This document shows, piece after piece, positions 53,601 through 62,863 of a DNA stretch of 64,000 nt (the stretch's first letter is position 1; the number at the start of each line of letters is the position of its first letter). The notes beneath the pieces were generated by a model, which made no database searches, was not told where the DNA came from, and worked only from the letters and a program-made list of their open reading frames with translations. The position numbers were made by a program, and so were the translations under genes. Source of the DNA: an uncultured Christensenella sp. (GTDB taxonomy: Bacteria > Bacillota > Clostridia > Christensenellales > UBA3700); assembly GCA_950079155.1 (NCBI GenBank), contig CATMWH010000008.1:20779-84778 (forward strand), read 5' to 3'.

Positions 53601-54905
53601 AATTTATCGCTAGTAGACCAACTAATTGAGGTTGCATTAAGTTACAATTATTCAGGAAGCGGCAATCAGACGAGTTATAGTGGCGATCAAGGTAATATTA
53701 CTCTTAAGCCAGCATACGTTAGATCTTATAAATTTAACTATTGGACTGTGGAGAATGATTCTAATGTTGCGGTGCGTATAGATGTGCTCAATTACGTTAA
53801 TTTAGGTATTAATGAGTATTATAGTAATGCGGGTGGTGTTACATTGTCAAAGGCTATAAAAGGTAACTTCTCAAGAAGTAGTATAAAGCCGACTTCTGGT
53901 GTCAAATATACCATATCAGATGCAGCTACTTATGTTGACTTATCAAGATTTTCATTGATGGTAGGAATGACGTTTACGATTGCATCTAGCGCTGAAGAAG
54001 TTACTTTTGTCAACGGCACATGCAGTGACACAAAAATTGTTGTGTCGCCAAGAAGTTCAAAATTGACACTTAATTTCGACGATGTAAATATGCAAGCAAA
54101 AAGCAATTGTAGTGTAATAGATGCATATTACTGTTCCGAATTAGAGATATACTCATATAATAGCGTAACGCTTTCTGCGGGAGAAGTAAATGCGGACGAG
54201 GCCAATGCCGCAATATTGTGCCAAAATCTTACATTATCAGGGAAGAAAATATATATTAATGGCGGAAATCAAGTGGCGGGATTGGGAATATATGGTAATA
54301 AAATTCATTTCAGTGCAGCTACGGCAGGTATAAAGTGTGTTCATGAGACAAAAACATTACTTGTAAGCGCAGAGTATGTAAAGGTGCAAGGTGGCAATGG
54401 CAAGGAAGCTGTTGTGAATGTTAAGATAGAAGAGCAAACAGAAATAGGCGCAAAAGGCATAGATGTTACATTTGGTAATAATGGTGGAGCAGGTGCAGTT
54501 GCAATCTATTTTCCTGGTGCCGTTATTCTGTCGTTTGGAAGTAAGTTGGAATGTAAAGGTGGAGCAGGTGCCAATGGCAGTGATGGTTTGAAAGGTGGCA
54601 AAGGCGGACCAGGGCGAAATGGTTCTTTAGGCGTAACGTTTATTACTCCAGGCGACGGCGGTAAAGGCGGGCTTGGCGGAGATGGCGGCGACGGCGGAAA
54701 ATCTATAGTATACAATAGTTTCAGCGGTGATATTAATAATTTGATTCTTAAGGACGGCAAGGGTGGTGACGCTGGCAAAGGTGGAGAAGGTGGCGATCCA
54801 GGAGACCCTGTTACTTCAATATGGGGTAACGAAAAAACTGGTTCAAAAGGTGCGCCTGGTGAAGATGGTAAGGCTGGAAAAACTGGAGGCAGCACTCTTG
54901 CGTAA
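50610..54905 (+). CDS. main body of the giant secreted protein (List-Bact-type repeats, Gly-rich C-terminus)
   Basis: 1,431-aa ORF with no signal peptide of its own. It contains FNGWRISNTEILITDNNG-type repeats and a C-terminal GGxGG/GxxG-rich region. Confidence 0.8.
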   Translation: MQDHLTILHYQNHIALSDIKFDNVILDSDINNSIVYENYNSNFDTGPYYTQVRYENQFSYYDGRLAGDTALAVISAAADVYGFIADKLDSKGHKLVADGIGATCTIISDGLLLYDILQTDNYWVERSTFDTDIDFPLTRQGQLEKYGSLKKDVRIDVQADKNEYLSGDNGGGFARAIYRVMNENRKNYCINNRISFEICRYNGAQRHKVDDGSIESVYSVTGTDCDSYGEISEENDAFKYSYYQRITPMVNFNAFTFNPKEVGKYSIYVPSSYYLTVDGIAQSSNVVDIDANGCKIGMAPRLDINIGDMVYSRLLPQDFYNGKVAFTNISIQKHQQMELYETTQVEDLAYIVERSNKTHNDLYSLYVGNKVDLVDLYITDEDLNVLAKATKEYDTLIVNFPMKANNVYGIVCVNRSGETLDLFFNKETNIMTVEKYLFPNHYGLYYSFKPKYNQFYNIMGAALYDEDMNLYPSEGAFLQTNQTYYLYSLVEENVAINLSEKTAFAYNKFGEEIATENIFNEMFRFTAIITASYCFADGTYDVYKDNTLIAENVSWCDLYKDSTYLFIKRQLGGKIKVYIDGETLQYGDNNVVSSYLSVYVLNLEEMIRLDITSIGRGDIEVYDAALNKVELDHGYLLKAGRHYIILSVPGNSIITVKEYLQEVNITFYVDGNIYNDATGTKYYYGKKAMLPVPIKDRYDFNGWRISNTEILITDNNGIMSDELLVDEITLVADWTLRSAVMEINFDDGTSKWWTGDCIVSQNPGNLQIEGTMIQVLVNMKDNFIQLEEGKKQGYFLSTFDHVKISSEGNVDYYKFTPVWEIEKYYIEFILPYGGIISSSRAVYYGEEITNTLFPSEAFKFDKNQELYSLVGWRLSKTSSIIKFTLGSSIIDLTPGYGSEFNHPSKGYGKDDSTLIRLSAELEYVDYNVIINSKSYKVGQDGYSVGTLGSYGYTESKFYGHNVLLTTPLKDKLFSFDGIITVNDLTPYWREGSKAVTVNLSLVDQLIEVALSYNYSGSGNQTSYSGDQGNITLKPAYVRSYKFNYWTVENDSNVAVRIDVLNYVNLGINEYYSNAGGVTLSKAIKGNFSRSSIKPTSGVKYTISDAATYVDLSRFSLMVGMTFTIASSAEEVTFVNGTCSDTKIVVSPRSSKLTLNFDDVNMQAKSNCSVIDAYYCSELEIYSYNSVTLSAGEVNADEANAAILCQNLTLSGKKIYINGGNQVAGLGIYGNKIHFSAATAGIKCVHETKTLLVSAEYVKVQGGNGKEAVVNVKIEEQTEIGAKGIDVTFGNNGGAGAVAIYFPGAVILSFGSKLECKGGAGANGSDGLKGGKGGPGRNGSLGVTFITPGDGGKGGLGGDGGDGGKSIVYNSFSGDINNLILKDGKGGDAGKGGEGGDPGDPVTSIWGNEKTGSKGAPGEDGKAGKTGGSTLA
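50625..50662 (+). repeat. perfect 19-bp tandem duplication
   Basis: ACCATATTGCATTATCAGA occurs twice, at 50625-50643 and 50644-50662. Confidence 0.95.
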
Positions 54906-55078
54906 TATAGTATAAAAATCGGACAAATGCGTTGATATTGCTAAACTTATGTGTTATAGTAATACTAACAACATTAAGGCAAAGTTTTTCATAAATAGAG
55001 TTGGTTTTCTCTAAATTACCAACTCTATCAATTGCTACTTTCTGGTAGCAGTTGGTGTCTTTACAATAGGAGCATTTT

Positions 55079-58054
55079 ATGTTGGAACTCAAGAATATTA
55101 GTAAGATGTATAAGCCCAAGAAGGGAGTACCCGTGAAAGCGCTTAAAGATTTATCTTTGTCATTTGACGCTAAAGGTATGGTCTTCGTGCTTGGTAAGTC
55201 GGGCAGTGGTAAGTCAACGCTTCTCAATTTGATTGGCGGATTAGACTTTGCCGACAGCGGAGAAATAATCATAGACGGCAAGTCGTCCAAAGATTTTAAA
55301 CCATCTGATTATGACAGTTATCGCAATACTTATATCGGTTTTGTGTTCCAAGAGTACAATATACTCAATGAGTTTACCGTCGGAGAGAACGTATCTCTTG
55401 CATTAGAGTTGCAGAACTTAAAAGATAATAAGCAAAGAGTTGAAGACATACTTAAAGAAGTTGACTTAGAAGGTTATGCGGACAGAAAATCCAACGAGTT
55501 GTCGGGAGGACAAAAGCAAAGAGTAGCCATAGCGAGAGCAATAGTCAAAGCTCCCAAGATAATAATGGCGGACGAACCTACGGGCGCATTGGACAGCGAA
55601 ACGGGCAAGGCGATATTTGAAACGCTTAAAAAGTTGTCGCAAGATAGACTTGTCATAGTGGTGTCGCACGATAGAGAATTTGCCGAGATATATGGGGATA
55701 GAATAATTGAACTTGCCGACGGAGAAGTAATAAACGACGAAATAAAGAACACTCAAAATCAAGATAGTACGCAAAGTACTACAAACGATTTAAGCAGTAC
55801 CGCAACGCAACAATTTAAGAATTCTCATTTGCCATATAATCGCGCTTTGGCGATGGGCGCAAAGACTTTGAGACACAAGAGGTTCAGACTTGCGGTTGCG
55901 ATAATATTATGTTTTTTCAGTTTTACGGTATTTGGGCTTGCCGCAACTGCGCTTGATTATTCGGTAGTGGATAGCGCAAGCGATTATTTGGCTGATATGT
56001 ATCAAGACTGCATTATAGTAAAACCGGGGCTGTTATATGAAGAAAAGTATAAAAGGCCCATCAATAGCGCTTCCTATAATGATCTTCAAAAATTACGTGA
56101 GCAGACGGGTATTGATTTTCAAGGCGTAATACAGACGAATTGCGCTAGGTATTATTCTTATTATGACGAAGATTTGCTAGGTGGCAAATATTATTCACAA
56201 GATATTGGCGGTGCGCTACCGGCAATGAATGAACTTTTTGATACGTTGGGCTATACGCTATACGGCGAATTACCCGAGAATGAAAAAGAAATCGTCATTA
56301 CCAAGTACATCTTCGACAAGATGTCTATTGCCGGACTTGTAATTGATGACAAAGATACGAGAGAAGAGACGATAATCTATCCGGGAGAAATTAAGAGTAT
56401 TCAATCTTTTTTGGATAGAAAGATATATTTGGTTTCAAGACTTACGGGAGAAAAGGCGCTTATCGTGGGAATCGTGGATACCAAGTTTGATCCTGACGGT
56501 AGATACAATATATTTAAAGAATATGCTGAGTTGGACACCAAAGATGGAAAAATGAAAAAGTTAAGTCAAGAATTTGAGGATTATTTGAAATACGGATATT
56601 TCAACGTGGAATTTGTTAATCCGCAATCCTATCAACAATTGGTGGATTCTGCAAAAACTCAAATTTACTTTAAATACGCAAGAGAAACGGACGGGCGATT
56701 GTATTTGGACGGTCAAAACTATATGGCGAGATTTGCGGGCGTTGCAAGCGACGAATTTATTCGTAATGCGGGAAATATATTGTGGATTGACGGAAAAGGC
56801 GAAAGAAGAGAACTTGCCAACAATGAGATAATTTTGGGAGTCGATATAGCGTTGGATGCGCTTTATCCACCAAATGAATATAGCAACAAAAATTTCACTC
56901 ATTCCAAGACATATTTTGATGATTTAGTTTCATTAAATCAAGATGTTAAAGATTATAATATGCGAAATGGCGGGGCGGGAGAAGTCGCTTTGCTTGAAGA
57001 AGCGGAAAATATATCTTTGCAAGAACTTGAGAAGTATAAAGATTATTGCAAACAAATAAATTACGTATTTGATGGAATGAGTTATTTTATGCGCGATGGA
57101 GAAGGAAATCTTGATATCAATTCGATGCAAGAGAAACATTGGCGTTGGTCATATGCGTGTTATTTAGATACTAGTACGTTGATGCAAGGTAATACTGAAC
57201 GCATAGGCGGATATTATGACAACGTTACGGGCAGACAAAGCGGTCAGTATATCTTTAAGACTTTGGGAGATAGGTGGTATCTTAATTACAAACTCACTAC
57301 TTCGCCGGCAAGCGCAAAGAAAATTAATCCGCAAAAGTTTGATATAAGTTATGATAGTTTGATTTATGATTTGTCACAAATTGAGTTTGTCAATGACCCC
57401 GTGATAGTTGGCGTATACTTTCCAAGCGAAGATATGCCCGGCAATTTCGTTGTCAACAACAAGATGTACGAAGAATCCGAGTATTTGGAAAAGAATACTT
57501 TCACTTATTTGATTGCGCCAAAGACTGCCAATAAGGTTGCGCTGAAGAAGTTGGCAGGAATGGATTACGATATTTCACAACCCAGAAGTTTTATGGTGCT
57601 TAATTGCCGCTATGATGATGTTACGTCATTCAATAACGTATTCGCCGTTCTTACGCCTATACTCTTGGTGGGAGCGGGCGTATTGGGATTGTTCTCAATC
57701 TTGCTTATGGGTAATTATATCGCTGCGTCAATAACGGCGCAAAAGAAGCAAATCGGTATATTGCGAGCGTTAGGCGCAACGAAGAAAGATATCTTTGCAA
57801 TATTCGCCAACGAGAGCGCAATAATTGCAGGCATTACGCTCGTCCTGTCGGCGATAGGAACTTTAATTTTGTGTCTCGTTTTCAACGCCGTAGTTTCGGC
57901 TTTAAATATGATTACTCTCAACGTATTGCATTTTGGCATCTTGCAGTTATTCTTGCTTGCTTTAATTAGCGTTGGCGTTGCTGTGATCGCAAGTGCGATA
58001 CCTTTGTATAAACTGTCCAGGAAAAAGCCCGTCGACAGCATACAGGATAGATAG
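55079..58054 (+). CDS. fused ABC ATPase / FtsX-type permease (MacB-like) with very large extracytoplasmic domain, paralog 1
   Basis: Walker A GKSGSGKST, signature LSGGQKQR and Walker B IIMADEPTGALD. TM1 is followed by a loop of several hundred aa and three C-terminal TMs. Confidence 0.85.
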   Translation: MLELKNISKMYKPKKGVPVKALKDLSLSFDAKGMVFVLGKSGSGKSTLLNLIGGLDFADSGEIIIDGKSSKDFKPSDYDSYRNTYIGFVFQEYNILNEFTVGENVSLALELQNLKDNKQRVEDILKEVDLEGYADRKSNELSGGQKQRVAIARAIVKAPKIIMADEPTGALDSETGKAIFETLKKLSQDRLVIVVSHDREFAEIYGDRIIELADGEVINDEIKNTQNQDSTQSTTNDLSSTATQQFKNSHLPYNRALAMGAKTLRHKRFRLAVAIILCFFSFTVFGLAATALDYSVVDSASDYLADMYQDCIIVKPGLLYEEKYKRPINSASYNDLQKLREQTGIDFQGVIQTNCARYYSYYDEDLLGGKYYSQDIGGALPAMNELFDTLGYTLYGELPENEKEIVITKYIFDKMSIAGLVIDDKDTREETIIYPGEIKSIQSFLDRKIYLVSRLTGEKALIVGIVDTKFDPDGRYNIFKEYAELDTKDGKMKKLSQEFEDYLKYGYFNVEFVNPQSYQQLVDSAKTQIYFKYARETDGRLYLDGQNYMARFAGVASDEFIRNAGNILWIDGKGERRELANNEIILGVDIALDALYPPNEYSNKNFTHSKTYFDDLVSLNQDVKDYNMRNGGAGEVALLEEAENISLQELEKYKDYCKQINYVFDGMSYFMRDGEGNLDINSMQEKHWRWSYACYLDTSTLMQGNTERIGGYYDNVTGRQSGQYIFKTLGDRWYLNYKLTTSPASAKKINPQKFDISYDSLIYDLSQIEFVNDPVIVGVYFPSEDMPGNFVVNNKMYEESEYLEKNTFTYLIAPKTANKVALKKLAGMDYDISQPRSFMVLNCRYDDVTSFNNVFAVLTPILLVGAGVLGLFSILLMGNYIAASITAQKKQIGILRALGATKKDIFAIFANESAIIAGITLVLSAIGTLILCLVFNAVVSALNMITLNVLHFGILQLFLLALISVGVAVIASAIPLYKLSRKKPVDSIQDR

Positions 58055-58063
58055 GTAGAGAGT

Positions 58064-61063
58064 ATGTTGGAACTCAAGAATATTAGTAAGACGTATAAAA
58101 CCAAGAAGGGCGTTCCCGTACAGGCGCTCAAGGATATATCTACGTCTTTTGACGACAAGGGTATGGTATTTGTGCTTGGTAAGTCGGGTAGTGGTAAGTC
58201 AACGCTTCTCAATCTAATCGGCGGAATTGACTTTGCAGATAGCGGAGAGATAGTCATAAACGGCAAATCGTCCAAAGATTTTAAGATGGCGGACTATGAT
58301 AGTTATCGCAATACATATATAGGCTTCATATTTCAAGAGTACAATATACTCAATGATTTTACGGTAGGCGAAAACATGTCTCTTGCCTTAGAGATTCAAA
58401 GTCAAAAGGTCAACAAACAAAGGGTAGAAGAAATACTCAAAGAAGTTGATTTAGAAGGTTATGCGGACAGAAAACCCAACGAGTTGTCGGGTGGGCAAAA
58501 GCAAAGAGTAGCCATAGCGAGAGCAATAGTCAAAGCTCCCAAGATAATAATGGCGGACGAACCTACGGGCGCATTGGACAGCGAAACGGGCAAGGCGATA
58601 TTTGAAACGCTTAAAAAGTTGTCGCAAGATAGACTTGTCATAGTGGTGTCGCACGATAGAGAATTTGCCGAGATATATGGGGATAGAATAATTGAACTTG
58701 CCGACGGAGAAGTAATAAACGACGAAATAAAGAATACTCAAAGTCAAGATAATATGACGAGTGAGACTGGAGATTTAAGTAATGCTGCAAATACTCAACA
58801 GCTCAAGAAGTCCCGTTTGCCATATAATCGGGCATTGGCAATGGGTGTCAAGAGTATGCGTACTAATCCTATAAGGCTTGCTATAACCATAATTTTGTGT
58901 GTGATAAGCTTTGCATTTTTTGGGCTTGCCGATACCGTTGCGTCTTACAATACTCACAAGGCGACAGTCAAATCTATTTTGAATAACCATTACGACGCAT
59001 TGCCGATTGTATCTGATGGTGGCGGAGCAATGAGTAGCGATATTAAGTATCTCAAGGATAAGACGGATATAGAGTTTAACGGAGTAGTATCTTATGGGGG
59101 TAGTTCGCAAAATCTGTCGTTTGTTTACAATCGCAAAGTCAAGGGAACAAATGGTGACGATGTCTATTACAATGCGGCATTGACTGGATATCTGCCTGCA
59201 GATAAGATTATCAACGGCAAGAAATATAGACTCATTGCAGGTACAATGCCAAGTAATTCTTCGGAGATAGTGTTGAGCAAATATACTTATGAGCAATTTG
59301 CGTTGGGCGGAATAAGTTTGACAGACGGAGATAAAACCACTTATATTGAGCCGGAAGATATTGCAACTTTGCAAAGCTTTGTGGAGAATGCTCGTTTTCA
59401 AGTCGACTCTCCAAGAGGCGTCAAGGAGTGGAAGGTTGTTGGCGTGGTCGATACCATTGCCGATCCAGATGGTAGGTACGAGCAACTCAAACCAAACGCC
59501 AAGCGAATAATAAAGTCGAAATCGAATTACAAAATGCTTTGCGCAGAGTGCGTTCAATATTTCAATTATTCATATCATTCAGTAGGCTACGTTGCCCAAG
59601 AGACTTATAGAGATATGTTTGTCGAATGTAATAACAAGGATTTGTTGGGAGTTTATGCTGGCGGAAGCGTGACTTTTAAGAACGAAGAGCGCAGATATAC
59701 GAATGCGTTTAACAACGTTCTTAACGATGCAAGCCTTGGTAGTCTTGATATTTTTTGGGCGGACGGGACTGCGCGCACCCAACTTGATGACGACGAATTT
59801 GTCATTGGCTCAAATGCACTGGCGGCGTTGAGCAATGCCGTAGACTTAAATAAGAGCATTGATTTGCATTACACTTTCTTTGACGGAATTGTGGATTTGT
59901 CGTATCAAGTTTCGTTGAATAGCGTAAAATATAAAGGCGCTGTAAGTTTGCATATCGGCGCTTGCGAGTACGCTCAAAACGTTGACGATGAGCAGATTGA
60001 CGACTTTAAGAAGTTTATCAATTCGACGATTGGAGAAGAGCAAGACGAAGATACTCGGCAAATGCTCCGTGCGCTTGCTTTGATGACCTGTTTGGACAAC
60101 GTCCCCAACTTGCCGAGCGACTTTGAAATCGATTATTACGCAAAAGATTATAGTCCATTGCAGTGGCGAATACTTTATGCAGGATACTTGATGACGACGA
60201 TATTCAACTTTCAAGGATTTATTGACAATATAGACGGCGGTTACGTCGCAAACGTTGTCCAAGATGGACAAAGCGGAAGTCTAATTGAGGATAAACTAAG
60301 CGAACAGTTATACGACGATATTCTCGTAAAGTTGGTATGTGAAAATGCTTTTATGGGAGTTGAGATAGAATTTGAATACGGCGAAAAGACGGAACTTGCA
60401 AATTCGGTAAGAATTGTCGGCATATATCTTGATTCTAACGCAAGTAAAGTGGATAGTTATGTAATCAACAACGTTGTCTACGAGCGCGCTCAAGATGCTT
60501 TGACTCCCGAGTACGCCTTTTTGATTGCGCAAATGACGGATGATAAGCAAGTCCTTGAAGCTTTGGTAGATTTACATTACGGCAATGAAGATGAACGGTA
60601 TAATATGATAAATTCCGTCACGTTTGCTATGGCGCAAAAAAGCGATACCTTTGCAATGCTCGGCGACGTATTCCTTTACGTAGGTTTGGGCTTGGCAATT
60701 TTCTCAATGGTGTTGATGAGCAATTATATCGCAGTGTCCATTTCGTCGCAAAAGAAACAAATAGGTATTCTGAGAGCGTTGGGAGCAAGAAGTGTGGACG
60801 TCTTTGCAATATTCTATAGTGAAAGTTTGATAATAGCATTTGTTAATTTTGTTGTAGCGACAGTTTCGGCATTGATAGCAAACCTTGCGATAAATGCTCA
60901 AATTGCAAGCGGCTTTGGATTACAAATCACGTTTATGCTTTTCGGTATTCGTCAAATTGCATTAATTTTTGTGTTGAGTATGGGCGTGTCTTTGATTGCA
61001 AGTTTGGTGTCAATTTATAGCATTACCACGCATAAACCAATAGATTGCATATTGAATAGATAA
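58064..61063 (+). CDS. fused ABC ATPase / FtsX-type permease, paralog 2
   Basis: Same architecture as paralog 1. The ATPase domain is nearly identical and the loop domain is diverged. Confidence 0.85.
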   Translation: MLELKNISKTYKTKKGVPVQALKDISTSFDDKGMVFVLGKSGSGKSTLLNLIGGIDFADSGEIVINGKSSKDFKMADYDSYRNTYIGFIFQEYNILNDFTVGENMSLALEIQSQKVNKQRVEEILKEVDLEGYADRKPNELSGGQKQRVAIARAIVKAPKIIMADEPTGALDSETGKAIFETLKKLSQDRLVIVVSHDREFAEIYGDRIIELADGEVINDEIKNTQSQDNMTSETGDLSNAANTQQLKKSRLPYNRALAMGVKSMRTNPIRLAITIILCVISFAFFGLADTVASYNTHKATVKSILNNHYDALPIVSDGGGAMSSDIKYLKDKTDIEFNGVVSYGGSSQNLSFVYNRKVKGTNGDDVYYNAALTGYLPADKIINGKKYRLIAGTMPSNSSEIVLSKYTYEQFALGGISLTDGDKTTYIEPEDIATLQSFVENARFQVDSPRGVKEWKVVGVVDTIADPDGRYEQLKPNAKRIIKSKSNYKMLCAECVQYFNYSYHSVGYVAQETYRDMFVECNNKDLLGVYAGGSVTFKNEERRYTNAFNNVLNDASLGSLDIFWADGTARTQLDDDEFVIGSNALAALSNAVDLNKSIDLHYTFFDGIVDLSYQVSLNSVKYKGAVSLHIGACEYAQNVDDEQIDDFKKFINSTIGEEQDEDTRQMLRALALMTCLDNVPNLPSDFEIDYYAKDYSPLQWRILYAGYLMTTIFNFQGFIDNIDGGYVANVVQDGQSGSLIEDKLSEQLYDDILVKLVCENAFMGVEIEFEYGEKTELANSVRIVGIYLDSNASKVDSYVINNVVYERAQDALTPEYAFLIAQMTDDKQVLEALVDLHYGNEDERYNMINSVTFAMAQKSDTFAMLGDVFLYVGLGLAIFSMVLMSNYIAVSISSQKKQIGILRALGARSVDVFAIFYSESLIIAFVNFVVATVSALIANLAINAQIASGFGLQITFMLFGIRQIALIFVLSMGVSLIASLVSIYSITTHKPIDCILNR

Positions 61064-61288
61064 AGTTGTTGAAGTATAATGTTATGATTAAGAAAAACAA
61101 AGGAGAAGTTAAGAGTATTGCAAATTACAAGTAATGACATTATTATATTAATAGAAAATATATGTTAATCTAGCATAGTTATAGTGGAGGATTGATTTAA
61201 AATATAGCACTAAATTAAAATTTTTAAGAAAAAGCATTTTAAAATTGTTGTTTTTTATATAAAATAATATTATAATATATAAAACTGA

Positions 61289-61501
61289 TTGATTTTATTG
61301 GAGGATGCATTGAAAAGAATTAATGAGGAATTGTCAGCAAAACAATTTGTAGAAAAAATTAAAAAAGGTTATTATCATTTTGAGCGCTCTCAAAACACAG
61401 AGGTGGATTATAAAGATAATAAGGAAGAGAGAGATACAAAATATGTACATGATTTCACTAAGAGTGATATGTTTAAAGTAATTAAGGCAAATCTTAATTA
61501 A
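61289..61501 (+). CDS. hypothetical small protein (start uncertain, TTG)
   Basis: No ATG in frame near the 5' end. GGAGG at 61300-61304 favours TTG 61310. The region is very AT-rich. Confidence 0.4.
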   Translation: MILLEDALKRINEELSAKQFVEKIKKGYYHFERSQNTEVDYKDNKEERDTKYVHDFTKSDMFKVIKANLN

Positions 61502-61512
61502 ATGAGGGCAGT

Positions 61513-62031
61513 ATGACAGAGGAAGAAAAGCGCGAGTATCTAATTAGCCATTATCCAGTAGAAGATCGTTATAAAAATATTTTGATTCAGATTCAAGACG
61601 TATTAGAAGCACTTGAAGTAATGGATATAGTAGATATTAATACGGACTTATTAGGACAAGCCATTTTTGATTATTTCGAAGATATTGATAAACTGAAAAA
61701 ATTTGAGGATATAGATAAGATAAATGTTGATAAAATTTATTCTTATCTAACATTTTGGTTACTTAGAAGAAAACCTGTACAGTTAGTTAAAGATAATATG
61801 AGTGTAGAATATTTGTACATAAATGAAAAAGTATTCACAATTATTTTTGTAACAAAAATGATGGCGGAGATTGATATAAAATATTCTGATACAAATCTTA
61901 AATTAGAATCATTTTTTGAATTGATTTATTACAATTTTAAGTATCGGATATTTACTCAAAAAACTTTAGAAACTGTAGTTTCGGCATTTTTTTGTGGCAG
62001 TAGTTTTAATTATGGTGGTAGGGCAAAGTGA
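61513..62031 (+). CDS. hypothetical protein, candidate partner of the RelA/SpoT-domain gene
   Basis: 172 aa. The stop overlaps the downstream start (GTGATG). No motif recognised. Confidence 0.7.
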   Translation: MTEEEKREYLISHYPVEDRYKNILIQIQDVLEALEVMDIVDINTDLLGQAIFDYFEDIDKLKKFEDIDKINVDKIYSYLTFWLLRRKPVQLVKDNMSVEYLYINEKVFTIIFVTKMMAEIDIKYSDTNLKLESFFELIYYNFKYRIFTQKTLETVVSAFFCGSSFNYGGRAK

Positions 62032-62825
62032 TGCTAAATAAAAAGATGACTTTTGATGAAATAAAAAGTAATAAAGACTTGTTTTTAGAAACATATAATA
62101 TTGCAAAAGAATTTGAAAAGAGTGGTTATAAATGGGAAGATTTGATGATGATTGGCTACGATTATGAGCAAAGATATGATTCTTTTTTCTCAACAATTCA
62201 AAAGTTTATTGCAGAAATTTCAAAATTTAAAGATGTGCATTCATATAGATATCGTATAAAAAGCACTGATAGTCTGTTAGTTAAGATAATAAAAAAGTAT
62301 AGTGGCGTAACCAAAGATAATTATATAGAAAAAATAACGGATTTATTAGGAATTAGAATTCTTTATATATTTAAAAGTGATTATTTTTCCATACATAAAC
62401 AAATAATGCAGAATTATGGAAATCAAAAAACAGAAAATATTCATTTAAAACTAAAAGAAGGTGATGATGAAAGTACATATAAAGATATGCTTGAAAAGGA
62501 AGATGTAAAAATTGAAAAAAACAATGCATATAGGTCGATTCATTATACATTTTTTTCAAGTACTAAAAATATAAATAACAGTCCTAAAATTGAGATACAA
62601 ACAAGAACAATATTTGAAGAAGGGTGGAGTGAAATAGATCATAAACTTGTTTATAAGCAAGATAAAGAAAGTCATTTGCAATTTGTATCGCATATATTAA
62701 GTGATATGGTTGGCACTTGTGATGCGTTGGGTAGTTTAATGCAATATTTAAGTAAAAGTCAAGATAATAGTGTCCCCAAAGAGGGAGAGATTGGAGAAAT
62801 TATAAAAAGATTTTTACATAAATAA
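62031..62825 (+). CDS. RelA/SpoT-homolog synthetase-domain protein (small alarmone synthetase / toxSAS-like)
   Basis: YRYRIKSTDSLLVKIIKK; ITDLLGIRILYIF; YRSIHYTF; IEIQTRTIFEEGWSEIDHKLVYK. These are the RelA_SpoT nucleotidyltransferase motifs, in the family order. Confidence 0.8.
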   Translation: MLNKKMTFDEIKSNKDLFLETYNIAKEFEKSGYKWEDLMMIGYDYEQRYDSFFSTIQKFIAEISKFKDVHSYRYRIKSTDSLLVKIIKKYSGVTKDNYIEKITDLLGIRILYIFKSDYFSIHKQIMQNYGNQKTENIHLKLKEGDDESTYKDMLEKEDVKIEKNNAYRSIHYTFFSSTKNINNSPKIEIQTRTIFEEGWSEIDHKLVYKQDKESHLQFVSHILSDMVGTCDALGSLMQYLSKSQDNSVPKEGEIGEIIKRFLHK

Positions 62826-62863
62826 ATATTAGTTAATGGTTTTATTAGTTATATTAATAGGAA

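Noticed and set aside
54506-54895. 129-aa Pro-rich minus-strand ORF
   Set aside because: It is the mirror image of the Gly-rich (GGN codon) C-terminus of the giant plus-strand protein, a typical antisense artefact.
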